DNA from: Armatimonadota bacterium
GTDB taxonomy: Bacteria; Armatimonadota; Fimbriimonadia; Fimbriimonadales; GBS-DC
Length of the DNA stretch: 64,000 bases
Assembly: GCA_037444405.1 (NCBI GenBank)
Contig: JBBIML010000007.1
Location: 128,001 to 192,000, forward strand
Direction: 5' to 3'
The notes below the pieces were generated by a model that worked only from the letters and a program-made list of their open reading frames with translations, did no database searches and was not told the origin of the DNA. Shown here piece by piece: positions 31,307-41,842 of this stretch; position 1 is the first letter of the stretch; each line of letters starts with the position of its first letter. The position numbers and the translations under genes were made by a program.

Positions 31307-31750
31307 CTAATCCTGCCGTGTGAGCAGGGAATGCAGCGCCTCCAGCGCAAGGATGTAGCTGCGTGCGCCGAAGCCGCTGATCTGTCCCACACACGCGGGT
31401 GCAATCACCGAATGGCGGCGGAACTCCTCGCGAGCATAGATGTTGGTCAGATGCACTTCAACGGTGGGTATCTGCACAGAAGCGATGGCGTCGCGCAGGG
31501 CGTAGCTGGTGTGGGTCAGCGCGCCCGCATTGATGATGACCCCATGCACGCGCTCCCGCGCCTGATGAAGAGCGTCGATCAGCACGCCCTCGTGGTTGGA
31601 CTGCACATGCTCAATCTCCATCTGGAGCGTGGCGGCGTGCTGGCGCAGTTGGTCAACAATCTGCTCCAGCGTCGCGGTGCCATAGAGATGCGGCTCCCGC
31701 TCGCCCAACAGATTGAGATTCGGACCGTTCAGCACCAGCACGCGCCACAT
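31307..31750 (-). CDS. aroQ: Type II 3-dehydroquinate dehydratase
   Basis: [36 protein letters not shown]. Confidence 0.96.
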   Translation of the reverse strand: MWRVLVLNGPNLNLLGEREPHLYGTATLEQIVDQLRQHAATLQMEIEHVQSNHEGVLIDALHQARERVHGVIINAGALTHTSYALRDAIASVQIPTVEVHLTNIYAREEFRRHSVIAPACVGQISGFGARSYILALEALHSLLTRQD

Positions 31751-31755
31751 GGTTC

Positions 31756-32391
31756 TCAGCGGATGTATTTATCGGGGTCTTTGAGCGCTTTGGAGCGGCA
31801 GTTGGTACAGCAGAAGTAGACCTTGCGCCCTTTGATTTCCGCCCAGATGTCCTTGTTCACGGGTTCGCCGCTGACGGGGCAGGTGTTGATGCCGTCGCCC
31901 TTACCCAGGAACTCCTTCTGTGGGGCGGGTTGGGGCTGTGGGGCAGGCTGCGCTGGCGCAGGGGTCGGCTGTTGTTGCTGCATCCGCTGCTGCTCGTCGG
32001 CATACTGATGGAGCATGGTCACCATCGTGGCATCGTTGCTGGTCGCCACGAGGATACCGCCCCGTCTGGTCTTCACAATCTCCCAGTCGAGCGAGCGCAG
32101 CACCCCGCGTTGCATCTGGCACTGGCTGCAGACGGTGATGTTCTCGTCGCGCATGGCTTTTGCCAGCTCGTCGAGTTGTTTCTGGAGGGCTTTGCCCTCT
32201 TCCTCGTTGCGTCCCTGCACGACCCACATGATGCCGTTGTGGATTTTCACCCAGTCGGCAGGCTGTTTTGCGTTGGTGAGAATCTTGCTGATCTCGTTGC
32301 GTGCGGCACAGGAGGGACACTGCATCGCCTCCTGTGCGCAGACCGCGCTCAGCGTCAATAGCACTCCGACCCAAAAGGCTGTTCGTCTCAT
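31756..32391 (-). CDS. Secreted protein with CxxC motifs and a C-terminal YHS/TRASH domain
   Basis: Signal peptide; CPSC, CSQC; Q/P linker; CPVSG...YFCCTNC. Confidence 0.75.
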   Translation of the reverse strand: MRRTAFWVGVLLTLSAVCAQEAMQCPSCAARNEISKILTNAKQPADWVKIHNGIMWVVQGRNEEEGKALQKQLDELAKAMRDENITVCSQCQMQRGVLRSLDWEIVKTRRGGILVATSNDATMVTMLHQYADEQQRMQQQQPTPAPAQPAPQPQPAPQKEFLGKGDGINTCPVSGEPVNKDIWAEIKGRKVYFCCTNCRSKALKDPDKYIR

Positions 32392-32477
32392 AGCGTATAC
32401 CCTCCGCTTTCAAGAACTTTCGAGAGCGCCCTTCGGTTCCCTGCCGATAAGGGTATCTGCGGTATAATATCCGCAGC

Positions 32478-33860
32478 ATGCCGCGCTACAAGATTCTGAC
32501 CTGGGGCTGCCAGATGAATGAGGAGGACTCGGAGCAGATGGCGCTCTACCTGCAGGAGCGGGGCTATCAGCCTGCCGACCGCCTGGAGGACGCCGATGTG
32601 ATTCTGCTCAACACCTGTTCCGTGCGCCGCAAGCCCGAAGATAAGGTGTTCAGCACGCTGGGGCAGCTGCGCAAGCTCAAAGCCCGCAAGCCGAACCTGA
32701 TAATCGGCGTGTGTGGCTGTATGGCGCAACTGCGGGCAGAGGAGATTAAACAGCGCGCGCCCCATGTCGATATGATTGTCGGCACGGCGCATGTGTCCCA
32801 GGTCGGCAACCTGTTGGAGGAGGTTCTGCAGCGGCGGCGGCTGGCGATGCGCCTCGAACTGCCACCCCGCAAAGGCGCCATCGTCACCGACATCCCCCAG
32901 CGCAAGATCGACCGCGCTCCCAAGCTCAAAGCCTATGTGCCGATCCAGTACGGCTGCGATAAGTTCTGCACCTTCTGCATCGTGCCCATCACGCGCGGGC
33001 GCGAGCGCAGCCGACCCACACAGGATATTCTGGACGAGATCAAACGCCTCGCTGATCTTGGCACCAGAGAGGTCATTCTGCTCGGTCAAACAGTCAACTC
33101 CTACGGCAAGAACCTGCTGGAGGGGCGTGTGCCCTTCGCGCGACTGCTCCAGCTCATCAACGATATCCCGGGCATCGAGCGCATCCGATTCACCTCGCCC
33201 TACCCGCGCGATTTTCGGGACGACCTGATCAATGCGATTGCCGAACTGCCCAAGGTGATGGAGCATGTGCATCTGCCGCTGCAGTCGGGCGATAACGATA
33301 TTCTGAAGGCGATGCGACGGCTCTACACCGTCGAACAGTTCGAGGAGATTGTCCACAAGCTGCGCGAGCGCGTGCCCAATATTGCCATCACCACCGACAT
33401 TATCGTGGGCTTTCCGGGCGAGACCGAGGAGCAGTTCGAACACACGCTGAAGGTGGTGGAGCGCATTCGGTTCGATGGCGCGTTCATGTTCGCGTTCAGC
33501 CCGCGACCGGGCACACCTGCTGCGCAGATGGAGAACCAGATTCCGCGCGCGGTCAAGCAGGAACGCCTTCAGCGGTTGATCGAACTGCAGAATCGCATCA
33601 CCTGTGAAATCAACGCCTCGCAGGTGGGGCGCGTGTTCGAGGTGCTGGTGGAGGGACCCAGCCAGAGGGACCCGACGAAGCTGGCGGGCTTCACCCGTGA
33701 GAACAAAATGATGCACTTCACGGGACCGCGCGAGCTGATCGGGCAGCTGGCGCAGGTGCGGGCGGACGAGGCGCACCTGTGGGGCTTCTACGGCACGGTC
33801 ATCGCGGCGCAGGGGATTACCAATCGCACGGAGCCGCTCGCAGCTGCGTCGCTCACTTGA
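32478..33860 (+). CDS. miaB: tRNA-2-methylthio-N6-dimethylallyladenosine synthase
   Basis: TWGCQMN, NTCSVR, GCDKFCTFCIVP, TRAM domain. Confidence 0.95.
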   Translation: MPRYKILTWGCQMNEEDSEQMALYLQERGYQPADRLEDADVILLNTCSVRRKPEDKVFSTLGQLRKLKARKPNLIIGVCGCMAQLRAEEIKQRAPHVDMIVGTAHVSQVGNLLEEVLQRRRLAMRLELPPRKGAIVTDIPQRKIDRAPKLKAYVPIQYGCDKFCTFCIVPITRGRERSRPTQDILDEIKRLADLGTREVILLGQTVNSYGKNLLEGRVPFARLLQLINDIPGIERIRFTSPYPRDFRDDLINAIAELPKVMEHVHLPLQSGDNDILKAMRRLYTVEQFEEIVHKLRERVPNIAITTDIIVGFPGETEEQFEHTLKVVERIRFDGAFMFAFSPRPGTPAAQMENQIPRAVKQERLQRLIELQNRITCEINASQVGRVFEVLVEGPSQRDPTKLAGFTRENKMMHFTGPRELIGQLAQVRADEAHLWGFYGTVIAAQGITNRTEPLAAASLT

Positions 33861-34557
33861 GGTGAGTTGCCTGCCAGCTGCTGCGCACGCCCGCGATGGC
33901 AATCAGCACATCGCGCAGCTGGCGGGCGCGGTGCAGGAAGCCTTTCAGCGTGCGACCGTGTGTGCGATGCTCGAACGGCGTCTCCACCTCCAGGATTCGG
34001 GCGCCCTGTCGGCAAGCGTCCAGCGTCAGCCCCAGCTCCAGCCCGTAGCCAGGCGCGAAGCCGCGCAGGTGCATCAGCAGCTCGCGTGCGATGGCTCGCT
34101 GACCGCTGAGCGGCGCGCGAAAGCGCCTGCCCGTGCGCAGCCTGAGATAGAGCCGCGCCAGCCTCACCACCATGCCGAACCCGCCCGTGCGACCTGCGGG
34201 CGGCAGCACGCCAATCGTCATTTCGGCATAGCGCAGCAGCACGGGCGTGATCAGTCGCGTGGCGTAGCGGGCGGTGGCGCCCAGATCGGCGTCCAGGAAG
34301 AGGTAGTTTTCGGCATCGATGAGTTGCCAGCCGAGCCAGAGCGCGTCGCCCTTGCTGCCCGTGCGTGGCAGATACGCGCTGACCGGAACCACCTGCGCCC
34401 CTGCCTGCGATGCCCGCTGCGCGGTGTCGTCCGTGCTGCCGTCATCCAGCACGAGGATAGGCGCGTCGGGCAGTGCGTCGCGCAGGGCGCGCACCGTTTG
34501 TCCCACACAATCGCCCTCGTTGCGGGCAGGGATCAGGATGGCGACGCGCGATTTCAC
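33853..34557 (-). CDS. Glycosyltransferase family 2
   Basis: LIPARNE, DDGSTD, FLDADLG, PLSGQRA; GTG start overlaps the upstream stop. Confidence 0.88.
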   Translation of the reverse strand: MKSRVAILIPARNEGDCVGQTVRALRDALPDAPILVLDDGSTDDTAQRASQAGAQVVPVSAYLPRTGSKGDALWLGWQLIDAENYLFLDADLGATARYATRLITPVLLRYAEMTIGVLPPAGRTGGFGMVVRLARLYLRLRTGRRFRAPLSGQRAIARELLMHLRGFAPGYGLELGLTLDACRQGARILEVETPFEHRTHGRTLKGFLHRARQLRDVLIAIAGVRSSWQATHLK

Positions 34558-35402
34558 GGTGCTCGCTCCAGCAGGGCATCGGGGACAGCAGCATCGGCGG
34601 TGGGCTTCAAGCCGTAGGTGCCCGATTCGCCACGCAGCAGCGCCATCAGTGCGCCCTTGCCCAGCGCCAGATCGACGCAGTCGACGCTGGGCACATCGGC
34701 TGCCTTGCACAGCGGGATTATCGAGAGGCGCGTGGCAAAGGCTTCACAGGCAACCAGGCGCGGGGCTGGCGACGCTCGATGGAGCGCCGACTGCAGCGCC
34801 GCAATCAGCTCGCTGTCCGCCTGCAGCCATTCGTCGCTCGCATCGCGGCGGGTGTAGCCGCCCACCCACACAATCACATCGGGTGGGCGTGCATAATCGC
34901 CCAACAGGCTGACCCCGTCGCGCCGTCGCAACACGGTCAGCATGCTCGCGGTCGCTCCCCCACCGAACAGCTCGGGCAGATTGTTCAGAATAATCCTGCG
35001 CTCTTCAGGGTCTGCCTGCGCCCATTCGATGCGAATCGTGCCCGTGAGTTCCGCGCTGGCGTCGGTGAGGAGCTGTTCGACGCCCTGCGCCACACTGCGC
35101 TCGTCGGTCGTGATGAGCAGCGCCACGCGCCGACCCTTCAATCGCTGGGGCATCGTGGCAGGCAGCAGCCGCGCCAGCACGCTATCGGTGCGCATCAGCG
35201 CCTGACGCAACAGGTCGCGCTCCGCTTCGGTCTCCCGCAGCTCGGCGGTGCGCTGCGCTAGCTGCTCGTCGAGCCGCCTGAGCTGAGCCGCTATCTGGTC
35301 GGGCACGGCAGGCGACAGATAGAGACCGCCAATCAGCAAGCCAACCGCAATCCCCAGCAGCACTGCTGATAAACTGGCTACATGGTATCGCCAATCGCTC
35401 AT
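34554..35402 (-). CDS. MctB/SteB (DUF3186)-family membrane-anchored protein
   Basis: [22 protein letters not shown], coiled coil, SVDCVD...G..YG.K tail. Confidence 0.8.
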   Translation of the reverse strand: MSDWRYHVASLSAVLLGIAVGLLIGGLYLSPAVPDQIAAQLRRLDEQLAQRTAELRETEAERDLLRQALMRTDSVLARLLPATMPQRLKGRRVALLITTDERSVAQGVEQLLTDASAELTGTIRIEWAQADPEERRIILNNLPELFGGGATASMLTVLRRRDGVSLLGDYARPPDVIVWVGGYTRRDASDEWLQADSELIAALQSALHRASPAPRLVACEAFATRLSIIPLCKAADVPSVDCVDLALGKGALMALLRGESGTYGLKPTADAAVPDALLERAP

Positions 35403-35463
35403 GGTCAACTCCCCAATCTGCTGGAGACTCTTTTACCCGACGGCGGGTATACTGTTTGTGAGA

Positions 35464-36243
35464 ATGGACGATCCGCTGGTGATTGCTGGGAAGAGCTTTC
35501 GTTCGCGCCTGATGGTCGGCACGGGCAAATACCCCGACACCGAAACGATGTTGCGGGCGATTGAGGCATCGGGCGCCGAGATTATCACCGTCGCACTGCG
35601 CCGCATCGATCTGGACGCGCCCAAACGCTCCATTCTGGACGACATCGACTGGAGCCGCTACCAGATTCTGCCCAACACGGCGGGCTGCCGCACGGCGGAG
35701 GAGGCGATCCGCGTCGCCCGACTCGCCCGCGCGATGGGCTTGAGCGACTGGATCAAGGTGGAGGTCGTGCCCGACCCCAAATATCTGCTGCCGGACCCGA
35801 TTGGCACCTTCGAAGCGTGCAGAGTGCTGGTGCAGGAGGGCTTCGTGGTGCTGCCTTACATCAACGATGACCCCGTGCTGGCGAAACAGCTGGAGGAGAT
35901 TGGCTGCGCAACGGTGATGCCGCTCGCTGCGCCAATCGGCACCGGGCAGGGTTTCGAGGTGAACTTCGAGCAGATTCGGATTATTGTGGAGCAGGCGCGG
36001 GTGCCCGTGGTGGTCGATGCGGGGCTGGGCGCGCCCTCCGACGCCGCCCTGGCGATGGAAATCGGCTGCGACGCCGTGCTGGTCAACACCGCGATTGCGA
36101 AGGCGAAAGACCCCGTGCTGATGGCGGAAGCGTTCCGACTGGGCGTGGAGGCGGGGCGCAAGGCGTTCCTGGCAGGACGAATCCCCAAGCTGCCCTACGC
36201 CTCGGCGTCCAGCCCGCTCGAAGGCGTGGTGCGCGACTCATGA
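35464..36243 (+). CDS. thiG: Thiazole synthase
   Basis: [38 protein letters not shown]. Confidence 0.97.
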   Translation: MDDPLVIAGKSFRSRLMVGTGKYPDTETMLRAIEASGAEIITVALRRIDLDAPKRSILDDIDWSRYQILPNTAGCRTAEEAIRVARLARAMGLSDWIKVEVVPDPKYLLPDPIGTFEACRVLVQEGFVVLPYINDDPVLAKQLEEIGCATVMPLAAPIGTGQGFEVNFEQIRIIVEQARVPVVVDAGLGAPSDAALAMEIGCDAVLVNTAIAKAKDPVLMAEAFRLGVEAGRKAFLAGRIPKLPYASASSPLEGVVRDS

Positions 36244-36905
36244 GGCTCATCCCCGCGCGCGTGCTGATGTTCATCCTGAACCACGCGCCGACGACCGATG
36301 TGGAGCGCGCCCTGCATATCGCTGAATCGGCACTGCGTGGCGGTGTCAACTGGCTGATGTTGCGCGTGCGGGATCTGCCCGCCACCGCCTGCGTGGACTT
36401 CGCGCTGACACTGCGCCGTCTCACCGAGCAGCATGGCGCGCTGTTCGGCGTCAACCCCTACCCTGCGCTCGCTGTGTGGAGCCGCGCGGACGCCCTTCAC
36501 CTGCCTGAAACAGCCGCTTATCACCCTGCGCCCGCGGGCGCACTGCTGGGTCGCTCCGTACACAGCGTGGCAGCGGCGCAGCGCGCGGCGGATGAAGGCT
36601 GCGACTATCTGCTGGTGGGCACCATCTACCCGACGGCAAGCCATCCCGATAAGCCTGCCGGAGGCATTGAGCTGCTGCAGGCGGTGCGGATGGCATCGAC
36701 GGTGCCGCTGATTGCAATTGGTGGCGTCACGCCAGAGCGGGTGTCGGAGTGCCTGCAGGCGGGCGCGTGCGGTGTGGCGGTCATCTCCGGCATCGCGGAG
36801 GCACCCGACCCTGAAGCCGCCGCCCGACGCTACCACGACGCGCTGACCATCGGCAACAGTACGGGCGCGGGAACCGCGCCCCTACACCAACCGCGATCAC
36901 CGTAG
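36240..36905 (+). CDS. thiE: Thiamine-phosphate synthase family protein
   Basis: [30 protein letters not shown] overlap with thiG; 3' end runs through a REP copy. Confidence 0.8.
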   Translation: MRLIPARVLMFILNHAPTTDVERALHIAESALRGGVNWLMLRVRDLPATACVDFALTLRRLTEQHGALFGVNPYPALAVWSRADALHLPETAAYHPAPAGALLGRSVHSVAAAQRAADEGCDYLLVGTIYPTASHPDKPAGGIELLQAVRMASTVPLIAIGGVTPERVSECLQAGACGVAVISGIAEAPDPEAAARRYHDALTIGNSTGAGTAPLHQPRSP

Positions 36906-36936
36906 AGAGGTACGAGCGCGGTTCCCGCGCCTCCAC
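36859..36936. repeat. Pair of REP-like palindromes
   Basis: GTACGGGCGCGGGAACCGCGCCCCTAC and GTACGAGCGCGGTTCCCGCGCCTCCAC. Confidence 0.75.
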
Positions 36937-36962
36937 AGGCTACACGCAGGTATAATCGGTAC

Positions 36963-37802
36963 ATGCTGGAGCCAGCCGCGATAGAGACAGCCATCGAGCG
37001 GGCGCTACAGGAGGATGTGGGCGCCTGCGACTGGACGACCCACGCGCTGATCCCACCGGAAATGCGCTCGGAGGGCGCGATTCTGGCGCAGGCGGAGGGC
37101 GTGCTGTGCGGCGTGGTGATTGCCCGGCGCGTGTTCGAGCGGCTGGACGCAACGATGGAGTTCCCCGAATCGCTCGCGGATGGCGCGTGGCTGACGGCGG
37201 GGCGCTGTGTGCTACGCCTGCGCGGTGCCACCCGCGCGATTTTGACCGCCGAGCGCACCGCGCTCAACTTCCTGCAGCATCTGTCGGGCATCGCCACGCT
37301 CACGCGCCAGTTCGTGCAGGCGATCGAGGGCACCGGCGCGCGGATTGCCGACACGCGCAAGACCACGCCCGGCTTGCGCCTGCTGGAAAAGTACGCTGTG
37401 CGTGTGGGCGGCGGCGTCAATCACCGAATCGGGTTGTATGACGGGATTTTGATCAAGGACAATCATCTGCGGGCGCTGGGAGGCGATATTCGGGAGGCGG
37501 TGCGGCGCGCCCGCGCGAACGCGCCTCACATGCTCATGGTGGAGGTGGAGTGCGCCACGCTTGCCGAGGTGGAGCAGGCGATTGCGGCAGGCGCCGACGC
37601 CATCCTGCTGGACAACATGTCGCTGGAGCAGTTGCGCGAGGCGGTGCGCATCGCGAAAGGGCGCGTGCGCCTGATCGAAGCCTCTGGCGGCGTGAACCTT
37701 CAAACCGTGCGCGCGATCGCCGAAACGGGCGTGGACTTAATCTCCGTCGGCGCCATCACCCACTCCGCGCCCATCCTGCCGATGCACCTGGAGTTTGAAT
37801 GA
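36963..37802 (+). CDS. nadC: Quinolinate phosphoribosyltransferase
   Basis: ERTALN, DTRKTTPGLR, NHRIGLYD, LIKDNH, LLDNM, EASGG. Confidence 0.96.
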   Translation: MLEPAAIETAIERALQEDVGACDWTTHALIPPEMRSEGAILAQAEGVLCGVVIARRVFERLDATMEFPESLADGAWLTAGRCVLRLRGATRAILTAERTALNFLQHLSGIATLTRQFVQAIEGTGARIADTRKTTPGLRLLEKYAVRVGGGVNHRIGLYDGILIKDNHLRALGGDIREAVRRARANAPHMLMVEVECATLAEVEQAIAAGADAILLDNMSLEQLREAVRIAKGRVRLIEASGGVNLQTVRAIAETGVDLISVGAITHSAPILPMHLEFE

Positions 37803-37823
37803 GATTCCACTGGGGGGAACATT

Positions 37824-38903
37824 GTGCGTATGAACTGGCGAGCGGTCTACCCGGAGTGGCAGGCGGTTCTGGAGAATCTGGCGTCCGTGTCGGGCGTGGT
37901 GATGGTGCTGGGCGGGGTGGACACGGGCAAGTCCACCTTCTGCTCGCTGTTGTTGCGGCTGTGGCAATCGGCGGGCACGGTCGCAGGCTATGTCGACCTC
38001 GATTTGGGTCAGAGCAATGTGGGTCCGCCGTCGACTTTCAGCTGGTCGCTGGTGCGCCAGCCGTTCGAGCGGTTGAGCGACCTTGTGCCGGGCGGGCTGG
38101 CGTTTGTGGGCGATGTGACGCCCGCTCGCCATATCGCGCTGTCGTTGACCGGCGCACGGCGCGTGCTGGACGAACTGCTTGCGCTGCAACCTGAAAAGGT
38201 GGTGATTGACACCTGCGGTTATATCGGAGGCTGGGCGGCTCGCCAGTATAAGCTGATGCTGACCGATTTATTGCGTCCGCGCGTGATTGTGGGCTTACAG
38301 CACGAGCGGGAGCTAAACCCGATTCTGGACGCTTTACGCCGTCGCGCCGACTGGCGCGTGGAGGTCGTGCCCGTGCCCGAAGCGATTGGGCGCAAGCCGC
38401 CCATTTTCCGCTCGCAGTATCGGCGCGTCGCGTTCGCCCGCTACTTCGAGGGCGCACGCTCCCACACGCTGCCACTGAGCCAGATCAGCCTGATCGGGCG
38501 GCGACTGGGCGCAGGCGAGCCGCTCAGCGACGCCGCGCGCCAGCACCTGCAAAACCAGATTCGCGCCGAGCTGCTCCATGCCGAACGCTACGGCGACCAC
38601 CTGCATGTGATTCTGCGTCAGCCGCTTACCGAGCAACAGATTGGGTTATTGCAAGCGCTCACCCGCGCCCAGCATCTCACCCTGCTGCCGCCCTCCGCCT
38701 ATCAGCACCTGCTGGTGGGGCTGACCGACTACACAGGGCGCACCTTCGGTATCGGGCTGATCGAATCGCTCGATTTCGAGGCGGGCACGCTCACCCTGCT
38801 CTCCCCTGTACATTCGGTTCAGCCTGTGCGCTGGGTGCAGCTGGGCTATCTGCGCGTGCTGCCCGACGGCACCGAACTCGGCGAACCCCTGCGTGAAGGT
38901 TAA
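37824..38903 (+). CDS. Clp1/Grc3-like polynucleotide 5'-kinase
   Basis: GGVDTGKST Walker A, DLDLGQSNVGPP, IDTCG, C-terminal LLVGL...GIG domain. Confidence 0.82.
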   Translation: MRMNWRAVYPEWQAVLENLASVSGVVMVLGGVDTGKSTFCSLLLRLWQSAGTVAGYVDLDLGQSNVGPPSTFSWSLVRQPFERLSDLVPGGLAFVGDVTPARHIALSLTGARRVLDELLALQPEKVVIDTCGYIGGWAARQYKLMLTDLLRPRVIVGLQHERELNPILDALRRRADWRVEVVPVPEAIGRKPPIFRSQYRRVAFARYFEGARSHTLPLSQISLIGRRLGAGEPLSDAARQHLQNQIRAELLHAERYGDHLHVILRQPLTEQQIGLLQALTRAQHLTLLPPSAYQHLLVGLTDYTGRTFGIGLIESLDFEAGTLTLLSPVHSVQPVRWVQLGYLRVLPDGTELGEPLREG

Positions 38904-39001
38904 AGCCCCATCCATGCCCTTAACAGACACAGATGGGGCTGACATGAAGCGCGGTTCATGGTCAGGCACTGCCCGACCCTGAACCTGAGTGATTGAACGG
39001 C

Positions 39002-40852
39002 TTAGCCGCCGCAGCCGAAGTTGAACAGCACAATCAGCAGGTCGGCGTCGTCGACCATGTTATCGCCGTTCACATCCTCCGGGCAGCCCGAACAGAAGTT
39101 GCCGAAGGCGAACAGCACGGCTAACAGGTCGGCATCGTCCACCACGCCATCCCTGTTCACATCGCCCTCGCAGCCGGGCGGCGTCTCACAGCCTGCTGAG
39201 CTGACGAAGTAGGCGCCCTCCAGCTGGATAGTGTAGCGCCCACCCGCAATCGTCCCACCTGTCCAGCCCGCAATCGGGTTCGACGCGCCCGGACCATCTG
39301 GACAGCGAACCGCACGGAAGGGGGTGTTGTTCCAGATGAGCTGCCCGCTGGCATCGACGGCGTCGCGGTTGTAGCGGCTGATCGCCAGCAGGTAGATGCC
39401 ATCCGCCGTGATGCAGCCTGTGGAGTTGTCGATGCGCGAGGTCAACCCTGTGCCGGGGTTCACATTATCGTCGTTGAACACCACGCCCGTGCCATCGCAG
39501 CGGAACAGCCACAGCTGGGTATCCCAGTCAACCTGACCCACCGTGCTGGCGACGAAGCTGTTCGGATCGGTGATGCAGATGACATACATATCCACATCAT
39601 CGGTGCCGAGGTCGCCGCGCACGCGCGTCACAGGCGTCTGGCAGGGTGTGGCATCGGGCAGGGTGATAATCTGCGCGGTGGAGGGCAGATCACCCGCATC
39701 GCCGCCTCCGTGAAAGCTCTCATCCCACGGCGCAGGCGGCGGACAGTCGGCAGGATCACCCGCGGTGGCGCCCTCCGCGCCTGTCAGAAAGATTCGGTAG
39801 GTGCCGGTGCTGCTGGTGCTGCCAGCCCACGATGCCAGTCGTGAGGTACTCTCGGGACCATCGGGGCAGCGCACCGAGCGAGTGGGCGTGGTGTTCCAGA
39901 TCAGTCCACCATCGCAGCCAGCCGCTCGCCGACCAAACAGGCTGATTGCCAGATAGTAGAGCCCGGGCTGAGTAATGCAGAAGGAGCGGTTGTCGATACG
40001 GGACTGGAAGCCTGAGGTGGCGTCGGGATTGTCCTCGTTATGCACCACGCCTTTGCCATCAGCATCAAAGAGCCAGAGGGCAGTATCGAGCGAGGTGCCG
40101 CCGATGGTGGTGGCGCTGAAGATGCCGGGATCGGTGATGTAGATGGCGTAGATATCGACATCGTTCGCGGCGCCGATGGTGCCGCGGATAGCGGTCAGGG
40201 GACCAGCGCCGGTGCTCTGAGCGGTTTCGGGCATATCCCCTGCATCGCCGCCACCATTTGCGAACTCATCCCAGCCTTCAAACGGCGGACAGTCGGCAGG
40301 ATCACCCGCGGTGGCGCCCGCCACACCCGTTAGAAAGATGGTGTAGGTTCCGGCTGAGCTGGTGCTGGAGGTCCAGCTGGCAACCCGCGAGGTACTCTCG
40401 GGACCGTTCGGGCAGTTGTTGTCATTGGTGGACCACAATCCACCATCATTACACCCAAGCGGGTCCTTGTTGTAGCGCGTAATCGCCAGGTAGTAAAGAC
40501 CAGGTCCAGGGATACAGCCGCTGGCGTTATTGATTGTGGATTGCAGCCCGCCCGTGTCGTCCTCAGCGACAATACCCACACCGTTCGCATCGAACAGGAA
40601 CAGCTGGGTGTCCCATGAGGCTCCACCAACAGTGGATGCGCTGAAAGTGCTGGGATCGCTGATGTAGATGGCGTACATGTCAACATCGTTGACATCCAGG
40701 TTGCCCTGGATCTGGGTGATAGTACCGCTGCCAGTTGACTGGGCGCTTTCAGGCAGGTTGCCTGCATCGCCCTGCTCGAACCATGTCTGTGCCTGTGCAC
40801 CGAACACGAGCGCAGTCAGCGTCAGAAAAGCCCATATTAGGCGTCGCATCAT
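39002..40852 (-). CDS. Secreted triple-repeat (DVUA0089-like) protein with dockerin-like tag
   Basis: Three units of GDAGDLP...DVDMY.I.I.DP...DTQLFLFD..G.G...YYLAI; C-terminal GDVNRDGVVDDADLL...EDVNGDNMVDDADLL. Confidence 0.82.
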   Translation of the reverse strand: MMRRLIWAFLTLTALVFGAQAQTWFEQGDAGNLPESAQSTGSGTITQIQGNLDVNDVDMYAIYISDPSTFSASTVGGASWDTQLFLFDANGVGIVAEDDTGGLQSTINNASGCIPGPGLYYLAITRYNKDPLGCNDGGLWSTNDNNCPNGPESTSRVASWTSSTSSAGTYTIFLTGVAGATAGDPADCPPFEGWDEFANGGGDAGDMPETAQSTGAGPLTAIRGTIGAANDVDIYAIYITDPGIFSATTIGGTSLDTALWLFDADGKGVVHNEDNPDATSGFQSRIDNRSFCITQPGLYYLAISLFGRRAAGCDGGLIWNTTPTRSVRCPDGPESTSRLASWAGSTSSTGTYRIFLTGAEGATAGDPADCPPPAPWDESFHGGGDAGDLPSTAQIITLPDATPCQTPVTRVRGDLGTDDVDMYVICITDPNSFVASTVGQVDWDTQLWLFRCDGTGVVFNDDNVNPGTGLTSRIDNSTGCITADGIYLLAISRYNRDAVDASGQLIWNNTPFRAVRCPDGPGASNPIAGWTGGTIAGGRYTIQLEGAYFVSSAGCETPPGCEGDVNRDGVVDDADLLAVLFAFGNFCSGCPEDVNGDNMVDDADLLIVLFNFGCGG

Positions 40853-40909
40853 CTCACCTTCCTTTCGTGGCGTTGTGCCACACCTTAATTATACCCCACC
40901 CCCCTTTTG

Positions 40910-41839
40910 TCAGGGGTTGCCCAGATCGGCAGGCGGTTTCATGCGTCCGAAAGAACCCGCGAGCGCAACGACGGTCAGCAGATAGGGCAGCATCAGCAGC
41001 AGGTCGGTCGGCAGTTGCACGCCGAACAGCGGCTGCCCTTGCAGGCGCATCTGGAGCGCCTCAAAGAAGCCGAACCCGAACGCGGCGGCGGCGGCGCCCA
41101 GCGGGTGCCAGCGCCCGAAAATCAGCGCCGCCAGCGCGATAAAGCCGCGACCCGCGCTCATATTCTCCCGAAACTGGTCCGCGGACGCCAGCGTGAGGAA
41201 CGCGCCCGCCATGCTCGCCAGCACGCCCGACAGCAGCACGCCCAGATAGCGAATCTTTTTGATGGGCACGCCCATCGTGCGCGCCTTGATCGCGTCGTTG
41301 CCCACCGCGTAGACGCGCAAGCCCCAGCGCGTGTGGTTCAACAGCCAGAACAGCCCGAACGGCAACACCACCGCGAACAGCACCAGCCAGGTCTGGTCTT
41401 TCAGGAGCGCGCCCAGCAGGGGCAGGCGCTGGAGCCAGTCTGCCTGAAAGGGCGCAAAGCCCTGCACCACCGACGATTCGCCCCGCTCCTCACGCGGCAG
41501 GATCAGCTGGCGGAACAGGTAGGTCGATAGCCCCAGTGCCAGCAGATTAATCGCCACGCCGCTGACCACATGGTCAGTGCGGAACTCCTGCGTGGCGACG
41601 GCGTGAATCAGCGCGAAGAGCAGACCCACCAGAATGGCGCAGGCAAGACCCACCCAGGGCGAGCCTGTCAGCAGAGCGCCGTATGCGCCAGCGAACGCGC
41701 CCATCAGAATCTTGCCTTCCAGCCCGATATTGATGACCCCTGTGCGCTCGCTGAGCAGTCCGCCCAGCGCGGCTAAGATCAGCGGGGTCGCCTGACGCAA
41801 CGCCGTGTTCACCAGCTGCAGATCGAACACCTCGCCCAT
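40910..41839 (-). CDS. ABC transporter permease (nucleoside/BMP type)
   Basis: SERTGVINIGLEG, GRGFIALAALIFGRW. Confidence 0.9.
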   Translation of the reverse strand: MGEVFDLQLVNTALRQATPLILAALGGLLSERTGVINIGLEGKILMGAFAGAYGALLTGSPWVGLACAILVGLLFALIHAVATQEFRTDHVVSGVAINLLALGLSTYLFRQLILPREERGESSVVQGFAPFQADWLQRLPLLGALLKDQTWLVLFAVVLPFGLFWLLNHTRWGLRVYAVGNDAIKARTMGVPIKKIRYLGVLLSGVLASMAGAFLTLASADQFRENMSAGRGFIALAALIFGRWHPLGAAAAAFGFGFFEALQMRLQGQPLFGVQLPTDLLLMLPYLLTVVALAGSFGRMKPPADLGNP

Positions 41840-41842
41840 CGC

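Noticed and set aside
35403..35463. TPP riboswitch upstream of thiG
   Set aside because: The gap is only about 60 nt and lacks the CTGAGA/ACCTG core.
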